Numbered from the stretch's first letter, positions 26,860 to 38,559 are shown. The stretch: 64,000 bases of DNA from Spirochaetia bacterium (GCA_963677595.1 OY782041.1:1568001-1632000); one strand, 5' to 3'. Program-made: numbers and translations. Notes: generated by a model not told the origin, from the letters alone.

Positions 26860-28233
26860 TCAGCTTTCTCGTTTATACTCTTTTATGGTCCTCATGAGTT
26901 TTTGGATGGTATTATCCATGGATGGGTCTGACTGTATCAGGCTCTCGATCTTCTGGCATGCATGCATGACGGTCGTGTGGTCCCTGCCGCCGAAATCATA
27001 GCCGATCTCCGTGGTCGAGTAGTCAGTCATATTGCGGGAGATATACATGGCGATCTGTCTCGGTACCGCTATTGCCCGTGTACGTTTCTTGCTGCGGAGT
27101 TCGATATAGGAGAGGTTGAAGTAATCAGCCACGGCTTTCTGGATCGTCTCTATAGCTATACTGTGGTCTCGGTTGAGGGAATACGAATCCTTGAGCTGTT
27201 CCTGGGCGATCTCGATGGTGATCTCCTTGTTGAGGAGTTTTGAGTAGGCAATGAGCTTGGTCAGGGAGGCTTCAAGGTCCCTCACGTTCGTATTGATGTT
27301 CTTGCTGATGAAGCCAAGGACATCATCGGGTATCATATAATGCGATTCCTGGGATTTCTGCCGCAGGATCGCCAGCCGTGTCTCATAGTTCGGCGGCTGG
27401 AGGTCCACATTGAGGCCCCGCTCGAACCGGCTTCGCAGGCGTGCCGCAAGTTTCTTCAATTCCGATACCGGACGGTCGCAGGTGAAGATCATCTGTTTGT
27501 TCGAGTCGTAGAGGTCGTTGAAGGTATGGAAGAGTTCTTCCTGGGTCGATTCCTTACCCTGGAGGAAGTGGATATCATCGATGAGGAGGATATCGACCTT
27601 CCGGTACTTGTTCTTGAAGGGCTGGATCTTCTTCTCACCGATGGCCTGGATGAACTCATTCGTGAATGACTCTGCCGTGACATATGCCACCTTCAGTTCC
27701 GGCAGGTGTTCTTTGATATAATTCCCTACGGACTGGATGAGGTGAGTCTTTCCCAGTCCGACACCGCCATAGATGAGGCAGGGATTGTATGCGGTTCCCG
27801 GGTTCTTCGCTATGGCCATACAGGCATTGAAGGCAAACGAGGAGTTGTCGCCCACGACGAACGAGTTGAAGGTATAGGATGAGTTCTCCAGCGTCTTTGA
27901 CTTTGGTTTCCGTGCTGCAGGGGCAGGTACTGGGGCAGCTTCCTGAATCTCTGGAAGGTCCTTGTCCTTCTTCTTCTTGACGATGATGAACTCGATCATC
28001 AGGGTGGAGCCGGCAATGTCCTGAAGGACATTCTTGATCATGTTCTCATACCGCCTGGTGACCTGGTCCTTAATGAAGGTGGACGGAACGGAGAGGACGA
28101 TCGTGTCCTCTTTTGATGAGTGGTAATCGATCCTGGAAAACCATGTGGAGAATTCCTGGGTGTTCAAGTCGATCTTGATCTGGGACAATGCTTCATTCCA
28201 GAAATCTAAAAAGTCAAACGTATTCTGATTCAT
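26860..28233 (-). CDS. dnaA: Chromosomal replication initiator DnaA
   Basis: YNP.LIYGGVGLGKTHL, LLIDDIHF, RLRSRF and GGRDHTTVMHA motifs. Start moved to ATG 28233 (MNQNTF). Confidence 0.98.
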   Translation of the reverse strand: MNQNTFDFLDFWNEALSQIKIDLNTQEFSTWFSRIDYHSSKEDTIVLSVPSTFIKDQVTRRYENMIKNVLQDIAGSTLMIEFIIVKKKKDKDLPEIQEAAPVPAPAARKPKSKTLENSSYTFNSFVVGDNSSFAFNACMAIAKNPGTAYNPCLIYGGVGLGKTHLIQSVGNYIKEHLPELKVAYVTAESFTNEFIQAIGEKKIQPFKNKYRKVDILLIDDIHFLQGKESTQEELFHTFNDLYDSNKQMIFTCDRPVSELKKLAARLRSRFERGLNVDLQPPNYETRLAILRQKSQESHYMIPDDVLGFISKNINTNVRDLEASLTKLIAYSKLLNKEITIEIAQEQLKDSYSLNRDHSIAIETIQKAVADYFNLSYIELRSKKRTRAIAVPRQIAMYISRNMTDYSTTEIGYDFGGRDHTTVMHACQKIESLIQSDPSMDNTIQKLMRTIKEYKRES

Positions 28234-28507
28234 ACCGTGTATTCTACATGAGGTCAAATACAATGACAAGAATGGATGGATGAAAGTATCGTAATATAGG
28301 GGTGCGTCGATTTGAAAAATTCGTCTCAGTACAGTTTTTTGATGTGAATATAGTGAAATAGTAAAAACATACGATAAATTTCGTTTAAAGCCCGTTTTTG
28401 AAAAGCTCAAACAGAAAAAAACAGAAGTTGGTATTGTGTAATTTGTTTACTTTTATTACGTAAAAATGTATACTTCAGTGATCCAAATAATGATTAAGGT
28501 ATGACAT

Positions 28508-30418
28508 ATGCAAACAAATTATTCTGCTCAGGACATCCAGGTCCTGAAAGGGTTGGAAGCTGTCCGGAAACGACCAGGTATGTACATCGGTTCTACCGGT
28601 CCCGACGGCCTCCATCATCTCGTGTATGAGATCGTGGATAACAGTATTGATGAGGCGTTGGCAGGCTACTGTTCCGAGATAACCGTTACCATTGACAAGG
28701 ATGACATCATCCAGGTCATCGATAACGGCCGTGGAATACCTGTCGATATCCATCCAGTGGAGAAGATCAGTGCACTCGAGATCGTTATGACCAAACTGCA
28801 TGCCGGCGGTAAGTTCGACAAGAACAGCTACAAGGTGTCAGGTGGTCTGCACGGTGTCGGCGTCTCGGTCGTGAATGCGCTCTCTGAGTGGTGTGATGCC
28901 ACCGTCTACCTGGATAATAAGGTCCATTACCAGAAGTATGAAAGAGGGATCCCCCAGGATCCGATCAAGGTGATCGGTGATACTGAGTATCGGGGAACCC
29001 TGGTACGGTTCAAGGCTGACCCCCTCATTTTCGAGGAGACTGAATACAGTTTTGACGTCCTCGCGAACAGGCTCCGTGAACTTGCCTTCCTCAACAAGGG
29101 CATCAAGATCACGATCGTTGACAAGCGGCTTGACGAGGAGAAGAAGAAGGAGTTCCAGTTCGAGGGAGGGGTCAAATCCTTCGTGGACTACCTGAACAAG
29201 TCAAAACACCCCCTCCATCCCGAACCAATCTATTTTGAGGCAGCACGGGATAATGTCGAGGTCGAGATCGCCCTGCAGTACAATGACGGCTATTCGGAGA
29301 ACATCTTCTCCTTCGTCAACAACATCAACACCCGCGAAGGAGGTACCCACCTCGTAGGGTTCAAGGCAGCCCTTACCAGGGTGATCAATGACTACCTGAA
29401 GCAGTCGAAGCATGCAAAGAAGATCGACTACACCTTCTCAGGCGATGATGTGCGTGAGGGTATCACGGCCGTCATCTCCGCTAAGGTGCAGAACCCCCAG
29501 TTCGAGGGACAGACCAAGACGAAGCTCGGGAACTCGGAGGTCAAGGGGATCATCGAATCCCTCGTGAACCAGAAACTCTCCGACTTTTTCGACGAGTTCC
29601 CCGAGGTGATCGCGCTGATCCTCGACAAGGCAGTCCTTGCTGCCAAGGCACGGATAGCCGCACGGAAGGCACGGGACCTGACACGGAGGAAATCCTTCCT
29701 CGAGGGTTCGGGTCTTCCCGGCAAGCTGGCAGACTGCAGTGAGAAGGATCCTTCCAGGTGCGAGGTCTACATCGTCGAGGGAGACAGTGCCGGGGGCAGT
29801 GCCAAGCAGGGCCGGAACCGGGAGTTCCAGGCGATCCTCCCGCTCTGGGGAAAGATGCTCAATGTCGAGAAAGCCAGGGCAGAAAAGGTCTTAACAAATG
29901 ATAAGCTGATGCCGATCATCACTACGATCGGTGCAGGCGCCGGGAAGGAGTTCGATGTCTCGAAAGTCCGGTACCATAAGATCATCATCATGGCGGATGC
30001 CGATGTCGATGGTTCTCATATCAGGACACTGCTGCTGACCTTCTTCTTCAGGTACATGCCTGAGATGATCGAGAAAGGATATGTGTACCTCGCCATGCCT
30101 CCTTTGTATAAGATCACGTATGGAAAGAAGATAGAGTACGCGTTCGATGAGGTTGAGCGAAGGCGGATCATCAGCGAGTTCGGTATCGAGGATGAATCCA
30201 AGATCGGGATACAGCGGTATAAGGGTCTTGGTGAGATGAACCCCGGACAGCTTTGGGAGACGACGATGAATCCCGAGACCAGGAGCGTCAAACGGGTGAA
30301 GATGGAGGATGCCGTCGAGGCTGACACCATGTTCTCCATGCTCATGGGTGAAGAGGTCGAACCCCGAAGGAAATTCATAGAGGACAATGCTCTGCTGGTT
30401 TCTAACCTGGATGTATGA
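28508..30418 (+). CDS. gyrB: DNA gyrase subunit B
   Basis: [34 protein letters not shown] and QRYKGLGEM motifs. Confidence 0.98.
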   Translation: MQTNYSAQDIQVLKGLEAVRKRPGMYIGSTGPDGLHHLVYEIVDNSIDEALAGYCSEITVTIDKDDIIQVIDNGRGIPVDIHPVEKISALEIVMTKLHAGGKFDKNSYKVSGGLHGVGVSVVNALSEWCDATVYLDNKVHYQKYERGIPQDPIKVIGDTEYRGTLVRFKADPLIFEETEYSFDVLANRLRELAFLNKGIKITIVDKRLDEEKKKEFQFEGGVKSFVDYLNKSKHPLHPEPIYFEAARDNVEVEIALQYNDGYSENIFSFVNNINTREGGTHLVGFKAALTRVINDYLKQSKHAKKIDYTFSGDDVREGITAVISAKVQNPQFEGQTKTKLGNSEVKGIIESLVNQKLSDFFDEFPEVIALILDKAVLAAKARIAARKARDLTRRKSFLEGSGLPGKLADCSEKDPSRCEVYIVEGDSAGGSAKQGRNREFQAILPLWGKMLNVEKARAEKVLTNDKLMPIITTIGAGAGKEFDVSKVRYHKIIIMADADVDGSHIRTLLLTFFFRYMPEMIEKGYVYLAMPPLYKITYGKKIEYAFDEVERRRIISEFGIEDESKIGIQRYKGLGEMNPGQLWETTMNPETRSVKRVKMEDAVEADTMFSMLMGEEVEPRRKFIEDNALLVSNLDV

Positions 30419-30434
30419 TAAAGGAATTGTGTAA

Positions 30435-32891
30435 GTGAGTGACAATGAGATAAGACAGAAGATAATACCGATCGCCATAGAAGATGAAATGAGGGAATCA
30501 TACCTGAACTATGCGATGTCGGTCATAGTCAGCAGGGCGCTGCCGGATGTGCGGGATGGATTGAAACCGGTCCACCGGCGTATCCTCTATTCGATGCATG
30601 AGATGGGCCTGAGGTATAACACGGCATTCAAGAAATGCGGGCGTATCGTCGGTGACGTGCTCGGTAAGTACCATCCCCACGGTGACCAGGCGATCTACGA
30701 TGCCCTGGTGCGGCTTGCCCAGGATTTCTCCATGCGGTACCCGGTCGTTCGACCGCAGGGTAACTTCGGGTCTGTGGACGGCGACCCGCCTGCAGCCATG
30801 CGATATACCGAAGCGAAGATGAACCGGATCTCCGAGGAGATGCTCCGGGACATCAACAAGGATACGATCTCCTACGGGCCGAACTACGATGATTCGATGC
30901 AGGAACCGCTGGTCCTCCCGGCTGCGATCCCGTACCTCCTCGTGAACGGCGGAAGCGGTATCGCCGTCGGTATGGCGACCAATATGGCACCCCACAACCT
31001 TATTGAGGTATGCAGTGCGATATCGGCCTATATCGCGAACCCGGATGTCACCTTCGACGAACTGACGTCGATCGTCAAGGGGCCGGACTTCCCGACCGAA
31101 GGTATCATCCATGGTCGGCGCGGTATCCTGAATGCCTATCGGACCGGGAAAGGAAAGGTCGTTGTACGGGCCCGTTATAACCTGGACACCTTGAAGAACG
31201 GGCGTGATGCTATCATCATCACCGAACTCCCATACCAGGTGAACAAGGCGAACCTGCTAAAGAAGATCGCAGACCTCGTACGGGACAAACGGGTCGAGGG
31301 TATCGCCGACATCAGGGACGAGTCAGACCGTGAAGGTATGCGTGTCGTCATCGAGCTGAAACGCACCGCCGTTCCCAAGGTGTTGCTGAACCAGCTCTTC
31401 CTCCATACCCAGATGCAGTCCAACTTCAACATCAACAACCTTGCCTTAGTAGACGGGAGGCCAAAACTCCTGTCGCTCAAGGAGATGATCTACCACTATG
31501 TGGAGCACCGGAAGGAAGTGGTCATCCGTCGTACCCAGTACGACCTGAGGAAGGCAGAGGAGCGTGCCCATATCCTCGAGGGGTTGAAGATCGCCCTCGA
31601 CAACATCGATGAGGTCATCAGGATCATCAAGGAATCGAGCAATGTGGAAGACGCGAACCTCAGCCTGATGAAGCGCTTCGGGCTTTCCGAACTCCAGGCT
31701 AAGGCGATCCTTGACATGAGGCTCCAGAAGCTGACCAGTCTCGAGACCCAGAAGATCTCGGATGAACTCGAGGAACTCAAGGGGAAGATTGCATACTACA
31801 AGGATCTCCTGAGCAGCGACCAGAAGATCCTCGGCGTTGTCGACCAGGAGATCAAGGAGGTCTCGGAGAAGTACGGCGATGAGCGACGGACCGAGATCAT
31901 CAATGAAGAGATCGGCGAGATGGTCATGGAAGACCTCATCAAGGAAGAGAACGTTGTGGTCGTCGTCTCGAACAAGGGGTTCATCAAGCGTGTGCCCTCA
32001 TCACAGTACCGGAGCCAGGGCCGCGGCGGCAAGGGTTCCAAGGCTGCGAAGCTCAGGGATGAGGATTTCATAGAGCACCTGTTCATCACCTCGACGCATG
32101 ACCATATCATGTTCGTGACATCAGAAGGGAAAGCGTACTGGATCAAGACCTTCGAGATCCCCGAAGGGACCAGGACATCGAAGGGATCCCACATCAAGGC
32201 GATCCTTGCGATCTCCCCGGATGAAGAGGTCACGGCCATCGTCTCGTTCAAGGAATTCGAGGAAGGCACCTATGTGTTCATGGGGACGAGAAGAGGTATC
32301 GTCAAGAAGGTAGAGCTCCCGCTCTTCAAGAATGCGAAGACCCGGGGCATCACGGCCATCAACCTGGATGAGGGTGACACCCTTGTCAGCGCACTGCTCA
32401 CGAACGGGTCCAACGAGGTCATGCTCATCTCGCGTAGGGGCCTCGGCCTCCGGTTCGACGAGAACATGGTTCGGGCCATGGGACGGGCAACCCGCGGGGT
32501 CGCAGGCATCAAGCTGCTTCCAAGGGATGAGGTTGCCAGCATCCTCTTAGTCAATACGGATGAGCAGATCATGATCCTGACCCAGAACGGGTACGGCAAG
32601 CGCGTCGATTTCGACAGCTTCTCGCCGCACGCCCGTGCTACCAAGGGGCAGATCTGCTATCGGCTCTTCGACAAGACCGGCGAGATCGCAGGGGCTTTGA
32701 GTGTGACTGACGACCATGACTTCATGTGCGTCACACTCATGGGACAGTCCATCCGGATCGACTCCTCGACGATCCCCATCCAGGGAAGGAATACCGGCGG
32801 GGTGATCATCGCGAACATCAACAAACCGGATCGTGTGGTCTCGGTAGCGAGGGCCGAACAGGAAGAGGATAGTGAGGAATATACTGAGTAG
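30435..32891 (+). CDS. gyrA: DNA gyrase subunit A
   Basis: [29 protein letters not shown] and the GyrA-box QGRGGKG. Confidence 0.98.
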   Translation: MSDNEIRQKIIPIAIEDEMRESYLNYAMSVIVSRALPDVRDGLKPVHRRILYSMHEMGLRYNTAFKKCGRIVGDVLGKYHPHGDQAIYDALVRLAQDFSMRYPVVRPQGNFGSVDGDPPAAMRYTEAKMNRISEEMLRDINKDTISYGPNYDDSMQEPLVLPAAIPYLLVNGGSGIAVGMATNMAPHNLIEVCSAISAYIANPDVTFDELTSIVKGPDFPTEGIIHGRRGILNAYRTGKGKVVVRARYNLDTLKNGRDAIIITELPYQVNKANLLKKIADLVRDKRVEGIADIRDESDREGMRVVIELKRTAVPKVLLNQLFLHTQMQSNFNINNLALVDGRPKLLSLKEMIYHYVEHRKEVVIRRTQYDLRKAEERAHILEGLKIALDNIDEVIRIIKESSNVEDANLSLMKRFGLSELQAKAILDMRLQKLTSLETQKISDELEELKGKIAYYKDLLSSDQKILGVVDQEIKEVSEKYGDERRTEIINEEIGEMVMEDLIKEENVVVVVSNKGFIKRVPSSQYRSQGRGGKGSKAAKLRDEDFIEHLFITSTHDHIMFVTSEGKAYWIKTFEIPEGTRTSKGSHIKAILAISPDEEVTAIVSFKEFEEGTYVFMGTRRGIVKKVELPLFKNAKTRGITAINLDEGDTLVSALLTNGSNEVMLISRRGLGLRFDENMVRAMGRATRGVAGIKLLPRDEVASILLVNTDEQIMILTQNGYGKRVDFDSFSPHARATKGQICYRLFDKTGEIAGALSVTDDHDFMCVTLMGQSIRIDSSTIPIQGRNTGGVIIANINKPDRVVSVARAEQEEDSEEYTE

Positions 32892-32907
32892 TGTTTCACG
32901 TGAAACA
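32892..32907. promoter_or_regulatory. parS site 1
   Basis: Perfect palindrome TGTTTCACGTGAAACA. Confidence 0.92.
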
Positions 32908-32925
32908 CAGCTGGTGTGAATGAAT

Positions 32926-32968
32926 AAAAAAGAGGCTGTTCGCTAATATGCGGACAGCCTCTTTGTTT
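32926..32968. terminator. Bidirectional terminator between gyrA and the nfu-like gene
   Basis: AAAAAAGAGGCTGTTCGC-TAATAT-GCGGACAGCCTCTTTGTTT hairpin. Confidence 0.75.
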
Positions 32969-32979
32969 CACGTGAAACA
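32964..32979. promoter_or_regulatory. parS site 2
   Basis: Perfect palindrome TGTTTCACGTGAAACA. Confidence 0.92.
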
Positions 32980-32984
32980 GGTAT

Positions 32985-33206
32985 CTAGTTCTCTGACACA
33001 ACCAGGAGAGTAGGTGATACTGTTTCCCTAAGATATCGTTCGACACCCTGCTTCAGGGTCATCTGTGACATCGGACATCCTGCACAGGAACCGACGAGCC
33101 TTACGTTGACCGTGTCGCCAACGAGACTGATGAATTCGATGTCGCCGCCGTCGTTCTGAAGTGACGGTCTGATATCATTAATCGCTTTCTTGACTTGTTC
33201 TTCCAT
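32985..33206 (-). CDS. NifU C-terminal/Nfu Fe-S carrier protein
   Basis: IRPSLQNDGGDIE and GSCAGCPMS..TLK.GVE motifs; SD AAGGAG before ATG 33206. Confidence 0.92.
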   Translation of the reverse strand: MEEQVKKAINDIRPSLQNDGGDIEFISLVGDTVNVRLVGSCAGCPMSQMTLKQGVERYLRETVSPTLLVVSEN

Positions 33207-33303
33207 GACGATACTCCTTGTTACTGAAAAATACATGAAGAATAGGCAATCGTCAAGATGATTTTTGCTGACATCAAAACTAATTTCTATTATACTTCAG
33301 CCT

Positions 33304-34062
33304 ATGGTAGCTAAGAAGATCGTTTTTGCAAACCAGAAAGGTGGCGTCGGCAAGACGACATCTGCGGTGAATATCGGCGCATATCTCGCAGAAGCAGGAA
33401 AGAAAGTCCTTCTGGTAGATTTTGACCCACAGGGTAATCTCTCAAGTTCTGTCAGTGCAGACCACTCATTACCGGGTATATACGAAGTGATAAGCGAAAA
33501 GATATCACTGTTCGAGGCTGTACAGAAGACTCCGGTGGATAACCTGTATATCGTCAGCTCTGATATCAACCTCACGGGAGCAAGCATCGAGCTGGCTAAG
33601 ATGGAACGGAACCAGTATGTGCTCAAGGATCACCTTGACAGCTCGGGCCATGAGTGGGACTTTATCCTCATCGACTGCCCGCCGTCCCTGGGGCTGCTGA
33701 CCCTGAACGGGCTGGTCGCCGCCGATTATGTGCTCGTCCCCCTGCAGTGTGAGTACTTCGCCCTGGAAGGACTGTCCATGCTGCTCAAGACCATCCATAC
33801 CATACAGAAGAGCCTGAACAAGGATCTCGCGCTCCTTGGTGTCGCATTCACCATGTATGATTCGAGGACACGACTTTCCCATGAGGTGGTGAAGGATGTG
33901 AAGGGCTATTTCAAGGACAAGACCTTCAACACGAAGATCCCGAGGAATATCAGGCTGTCTGAAGCCCCGTCACACGGGGAGCCGATCAATCTGTACGATC
34001 CGAAGTGCGCTGGGGCGATCGGCTACAAAAAACTGGCAAAAGAGGTGATAGAACGTGTCTAA
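33304..34062 (+). CDS. parA: Chromosome partitioning ATPase ParA/Soj
   Basis: NQKGGVGKTT, DFDPQGN, DCPPSLG and IPRNIRLSEAPSHG motifs. Confidence 0.96.
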   Translation: MVAKKIVFANQKGGVGKTTSAVNIGAYLAEAGKKVLLVDFDPQGNLSSSVSADHSLPGIYEVISEKISLFEAVQKTPVDNLYIVSSDINLTGASIELAKMERNQYVLKDHLDSSGHEWDFILIDCPPSLGLLTLNGLVAADYVLVPLQCEYFALEGLSMLLKTIHTIQKSLNKDLALLGVAFTMYDSRTRLSHEVVKDVKGYFKDKTFNTKIPRNIRLSEAPSHGEPINLYDPKCAGAIGYKKLAKEVIERV

Positions 34063-34954
34063 GCATGGATTAGGGAAAGGGATCAACTCACTGATCGGGG
34101 ATTATACCTTTGATGATATCGTTGAGAAAAGTACGGTCAAGCCGACCGGGGAACTTGTGGAACTCGTTCCCCTGTCAGCAATAAAGACGAATGAAGCACA
34201 ACCGAGGAAGAACTTCGACCCCGAGACGATGAACGAGCTTGCCGCCTCCATCAAGGAACAGGGCGTCATCCAGCCGATCATCGTCGAGCGGCATGGTGAT
34301 GAGTATGCCATCGTTGCCGGGGAGCGGCGCTACCGGGCGTCACGGATCGCGGGATTGGATGAGATCCCGGTCATCATCAAGTCCTTCACGGAGGGACAGA
34401 AACTCGAGGTCGCCCTGATCGAGAACATCCAGCGGGAGAACCTGAACGCCATCGAGGAGGCGAAGGCCTACCGGTACCTGATGGACAGGTCGAAACTCAG
34501 CCAGGAAGAACTCGCCCTCAGGCTGGGGAAGAAGCGTTCCACCATCGCGAACAGCGTGCGGCTGCTCAAGCTGCCGAAGCAGGTGCAGAATGCCCTGATC
34601 AGCAAGGCGATCACGGCAGGCCATGCTCGGGCCATCATGGCAGTAAACAACCCGTCGGAGCAGACGATCCTCCTCAACAGGATCATCACCGACCACCTGT
34701 CGGTCAGGCAGGCAGAGGAGATATCGCAGGAACTGAACAACGGGTCCCGGGCACGGAAGAAGAAGCAGAAGAAGGTCGTGCAGCGCCCGATGGAGATCAG
34801 GTCGGTCGAGGAGAAGTTCCTCGAGGCCTGCGGTTCGAAAGTAAAGATTAAAGGTACTTTGAAAAAAGGCTCTTTAGAGATATCATATTACTCCCAGGAG
34901 GACCTGGAGAGGATATATGCACTGATTTCAAGGAAATCAGACCTGTATACATAG
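34055..34954 (+). CDS. parB: Chromosome partitioning protein ParB/Spo0J
   Basis: [20 protein letters not shown] and ENIQRENL motifs plus HTH. Confidence 0.96.
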   Translation: MSKHGLGKGINSLIGDYTFDDIVEKSTVKPTGELVELVPLSAIKTNEAQPRKNFDPETMNELAASIKEQGVIQPIIVERHGDEYAIVAGERRYRASRIAGLDEIPVIIKSFTEGQKLEVALIENIQRENLNAIEEAKAYRYLMDRSKLSQEELALRLGKKRSTIANSVRLLKLPKQVQNALISKAITAGHARAIMAVNNPSEQTILLNRIITDHLSVRQAEEISQELNNGSRARKKKQKKVVQRPMEIRSVEEKFLEACGSKVKIKGTLKKGSLEISYYSQEDLERIYALISRKSDLYT

Positions 34955-34965
34955 AAGGAAGGAAT

Positions 34966-35913
34966 ATGGAAGACCAATTAGCGAACGGCATCTATGCAAA
35001 GATCACGACAGAGAAAGGGGATATACTCATCTCCCTCACATACAAGAAGACCCCGATGACGGTATCGAACTTCATCGGGCTCGCAGAAGGCTCACTGAAT
35101 CATGAGAGCCCCGATGAACCATTCTATGACGGGCTGAACTTTCACCGGGTCATCGATGATTTCATGATCCAGGGCGGCTGCCCGAAAGGGACGGGGACCG
35201 GCGGGCCCGGCTACTCGTTCCCGGATGAGTTCGACGAGTCGTTAAAGCATACCGGCCCCGGTATTCTCTCCATGGCCAACAGCGGGCCCAACACGAACGG
35301 GAGCCAGTTCTTCATCACCCATGTGAAAACTCCCTGGCTCGATAACAAGCACACCGTGTTCGGCAAGGTCGTGGACGGGATGGATGTGGTGAACTCCATA
35401 GTCCAGGGTGACAGGATCGATACCGTGGAGATCGTGAGGGTAGGTGAGGAGGCAGAAGCCTTCCAGGTCGACAAGGATTCCTTCACCGAGCGGGTAGGTG
35501 CTGCCATGGAAGCTTCCCGGAAGAAGGTCCTCGATGCCCAGAAGTCGATCATACAGGAGATCGAGAACAGGTGGCCCGACGCAGTCGTCTCCCCCACGGG
35601 CCTCAGGTACGTGGTAACGAAGGAGGGGAGCGGTTCAGCTTCTCCGTCCATGGGGCAGACGGTAACGGTCCATTACACCGGGAGCCTGATGAACGGCCAG
35701 GTCTTCGACAGCTCCGTGAAACGGGGACAGCCTGCCCAGTTCGCAATCGGCCAGGTCATCGAGGGATGGAACGAAGCCCTCCAGCAGATGACGAAAGGCG
35801 AGAAGCGTACCCTCATCATTCCCCCGCAGCTCGGCTACGGGGAGCGGGGATACCCCGGCGTCATACCGCCGAGCAGCTTCCTCATCTTCGATGTTGAACT
35901 CATAGACTTCTGA
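34966..35913 (+). CDS. Dual-family peptidyl-prolyl isomerase (cyclophilin + FKBP)
   Basis: Cyclophilin motifs FHRVI..FMIQGG and [18 protein letters not shown]; FKBP motifs VHYTGSL..G.VFDSS, VIEGW and LIFDVEL. Confidence 0.95.
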   Translation: MEDQLANGIYAKITTEKGDILISLTYKKTPMTVSNFIGLAEGSLNHESPDEPFYDGLNFHRVIDDFMIQGGCPKGTGTGGPGYSFPDEFDESLKHTGPGILSMANSGPNTNGSQFFITHVKTPWLDNKHTVFGKVVDGMDVVNSIVQGDRIDTVEIVRVGEEAEAFQVDKDSFTERVGAAMEASRKKVLDAQKSIIQEIENRWPDAVVSPTGLRYVVTKEGSGSASPSMGQTVTVHYTGSLMNGQVFDSSVKRGQPAQFAIGQVIEGWNEALQQMTKGEKRTLIIPPQLGYGERGYPGVIPPSSFLIFDVELIDF

Positions 35914-35918
35914 CAGGC

Positions 35919-37283
35919 ATGGCTGCCAAGAAGGAGAGAACGGTCTTTACCTGCTCCTCATGCGGGCATGAGGAGGGTAAATGGCTGGGACGGTGTCCCT
36001 CCTGCGGGAGCTGGAACAGCTTCGAGGAACAGAAGGTCACCTCCGGCCGTAAGACTGCCAAGGCTGAGAAGAAGCACCCCAAAGCCGTCAGGCTTGCAGA
36101 GATCGATAGTACAAAAGAATATAGAATCACTACCGGTATTGATGAGCTAGACCGTGTTTTAGGCGGTGGGATCATGAAAGGGGGCACTGTTCTGCTTGGG
36201 GGAGAACCCGGGATAGGCAAGTCTACCCTCATGCTCCAGCTGCTGGCTTCCACCCATGTATCGAACAGTCTCTATATCTCAGGGGAGGAATCACCTGCCC
36301 AGATCAGGATGAGGGCGGATCGGCTCAGCCTCGACCCCGACAGGATCTCGCTGCTGCATGATGCGGAACTGGAGCATGTCGAGAGCGTCCTGGAGAAGCT
36401 CAAGCCGGAGCTGGTCGTCATCGACTCGATACAGACGCTGTTCAGTCCTGAGATCGGCCTCGTCCCAGGTACCGCCAACCAGATCAAGTACTGCTGCATG
36501 GACCTCATCGGCTGGGCCAAGCAGCATGATGCCTCGCTCTTCTTCATCGGGCATGTCACCAAGGACGGCATGCTTGCCGGGCCGAAGGTCATCGAGCACA
36601 TGGTTGATACCGTCCTCAACTTCGAGCAGGCTGCATCCGGAACCCGGATCATCAGGGCGACCAAGAACCGGTTCGGCTCGGTCGATGAGCTCGGGATCTT
36701 CACGATGAACGCCGGGGGCCTCCATCCCGTGGCGGATCCCGCCTCGTTCTTCATAGACCAGCGTCGTGAGCAGATCCCTCCCGGCAGCGTCATCGCTGCG
36801 GTGTTCGAGGGGTCGAGGACCTTCATGGTAGAGATACAGGCTCTCACGATACCGGCGAAGAGCGGGTACAGCAGGGTCTACTCTGACAGGATCGACTCTT
36901 CACGGGTATCGAGGATCTCGGCGGTACTCGAGAAACACTTCGGGCTCGCCCTCTCTGCCCATGATATCTACGTCAATGTTGCCGGGGGGATGCGGCTCGG
37001 GGAGGTCGGGATCGAACTGCCGCTGGCCATGGCAGTCTATACCTCCATAACGGGGAAGACCTTGAGGAATAATGTGGTACTCGTAGGGGAGCTCAGCCTA
37101 GCTGGTGATCTCCGCCCGGTCCACCACCTCGACCAGCGGGTCAAGACAGCGAGGGAGATGGGGTTCACCATCATGGTCGGTCCCGAGACGGGGAGCAGCC
37201 GTAAGGTGCTCACCGACAAGAAGGGACTGACCTATGTTTCATGTGAAACAATTGAGGATGCCGTTACCGCGCTAGCCAAGTAG
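35919..37283 (+). CDS. radA: DNA repair protein RadA/Sms
   Basis: C4 Zn finger, GGEPGIGKSTL, KNRFG and a Lon-like C-terminal domain. Confidence 0.97.
   Translation: MAAKKERTVFTCSSCGHEEGKWLGRCPSCGSWNSFEEQKVTSGRKTAKAEKKHPKAVRLAEIDSTKEYRITTGIDELDRVLGGGIMKGGTVLLGGEPGIGKSTLMLQLLASTHVSNSLYISGEESPAQIRMRADRLSLDPDRISLLHDAELEHVESVLEKLKPELVVIDSIQTLFSPEIGLVPGTANQIKYCCMDLIGWAKQHDASLFFIGHVTKDGMLAGPKVIEHMVDTVLNFEQAASGTRIIRATKNRFGSVDELGIFTMNAGGLHPVADPASFFIDQRREQIPPGSVIAAVFEGSRTFMVEIQALTIPAKSGYSRVYSDRIDSSRVSRISAVLEKHFGLALSAHDIYVNVAGGMRLGEVGIELPLAMAVYTSITGKTLRNNVVLVGELSLAGDLRPVHHLDQRVKTAREMGFTIMVGPETGSSRKVLTDKKGLTYVSCETIEDAVTALAK
37235..37250. promoter_or_regulatory. parS site 3, inside the radA 3' end
   Basis: TGTTTCATGTGAAACA, 1 mismatch to the consensus. 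Confidence 0.78.
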
Positions 37284-38459
37284 CGAGATGAGGAAGGGGA
37301 AGGCTATGAAGGTCCCGATCGAGCTCCCGATACTCGTCAGGAAGAAGACGATCAATGCATGGGTGACCCTGTTGCGGTAGAAACCGCGAATCGAGAGAAT
37401 ATCATTGTTTATGTTCTGGAAGTCCTTCACACGGGGCTTTCTTACCATTGACTCCACGATACCGACCACTATTCCGACGCCGATCGTCGGGTTGAGGGAG
37501 GTGAAGGGGGCAAGCAGGAACGAGAGCAGGATCGTCAGCGGGTGGGCGAGTGCGATGATCGCCCCGATGCAGGAGAGCACGCCGTTCACCATGAACCAGT
37601 AGATGAACATCTTGAGTCCCTGGTTCCAGCCAGCGTTGATGAACCCCACGGCCAGGAGCGACACGACGAGTGCCGGGATGACCCAGGGGATGACCTTGCT
37701 TGCCTTCGAGGGCTTCGGGATGCTCTCGAGCTCTGACAGGTCGGTACTCATCTCCTGTGCGGAGAGCTTCTCGATCGTGCCGGCGAGCCCCTTCGCATGG
37801 CCGGCGCCGATCACGGCCACGACCTTCTTCCCCTTTGCCTGGTAGATGTTGGTGGCGAGGTACCGGTCGCGTTCATCGATGAGGACCTCTTTTGCCGTGG
37901 GGAGTTCCTTGGCCAGTTCCTCCATCATGCCGCTCAGTGCACTTCGCTCCTTGAGTGCCTCGATCTCCTCTTCAGAGAGCTTCTCGTTCGAGAAGGCAGC
38001 AGATACCAGCACGCCAAGCATCTTCATCTTGTTCCAGAAGGAGGAACGCTTCCACGCCCTCCTCAGGGTGATCTGTATATCACGGTCGCAGAGCGAGAAG
38101 GGGATACCTGCCTTCTTCGCGGCGTTCGCCGCGATATGCATCTCCTCGCCGGGCGTGACACCGGTCTGTTCCCCCATCTTCTTCTGGAAGGAGGAGAGGG
38201 CCAGGTTGGCCAGCAGGAAGAATCCCTTCCCCTGTTTGATGATGCTCTGGATGTTCACGTCCTCCCAGGACTGTCCTTCCATCATGTTCTTGTACCGTCC
38301 GGGGTCCAATTCCAGGCAAACGCGGTCGGGTTGTTCCTGTTCGATGAACTCCTCGACCTCCTTGACGCTGTCTGAAGAGACATGGGCGGTTCCGATAAGG
38401 TAGATCTCACGATCCTCGATGGTAATCCTGGTCAATGTGTCACTGATCTGTTCAATCAT
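37272..38459 (-). CDS. TraB/GumN (pheromone shutdown) family membrane protein
   Basis: GTAHVS, VCLELD, PGEEM, DRDIQITL.R, LIDERD and GAGH motifs; C-terminal TMs. Confidence 0.92.
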   Translation of the reverse strand: MIEQISDTLTRITIEDREIYLIGTAHVSSDSVKEVEEFIEQEQPDRVCLELDPGRYKNMMEGQSWEDVNIQSIIKQGKGFFLLANLALSSFQKKMGEQTGVTPGEEMHIAANAAKKAGIPFSLCDRDIQITLRRAWKRSSFWNKMKMLGVLVSAAFSNEKLSEEEIEALKERSALSGMMEELAKELPTAKEVLIDERDRYLATNIYQAKGKKVVAVIGAGHAKGLAGTIEKLSAQEMSTDLSELESIPKPSKASKVIPWVIPALVVSLLAVGFINAGWNQGLKMFIYWFMVNGVLSCIGAIIALAHPLTILLSFLLAPFTSLNPTIGVGIVVGIVESMVRKPRVKDFQNINNDILSIRGFYRNRVTHALIVFFLTSIGSSIGTFIAFPFLISLLG

Positions 38460-38559
38460 TAAGGGGCTCCTTGGTCATTACCCTAAAATATACTCATGAA
38501 CGCGAAAAGGAACAAGAGTCTGTTGCGAAAGAGTCCTCAATCATATAGATTACTTTTAT

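Noticed and set aside
28234-28410. 59-aa N-terminal extension of DnaA in the ORF track
   Set aside because: AT-rich promoter DNA with a TTG start; DnaA domain I begins at ATG 28233.
37272-38459. TraB-family gene as evidence of conjugation
   Set aside because: The TraB/GumN/PrgY family is a chromosomal metalloprotease-like family unrelated to conjugative transfer machinery.
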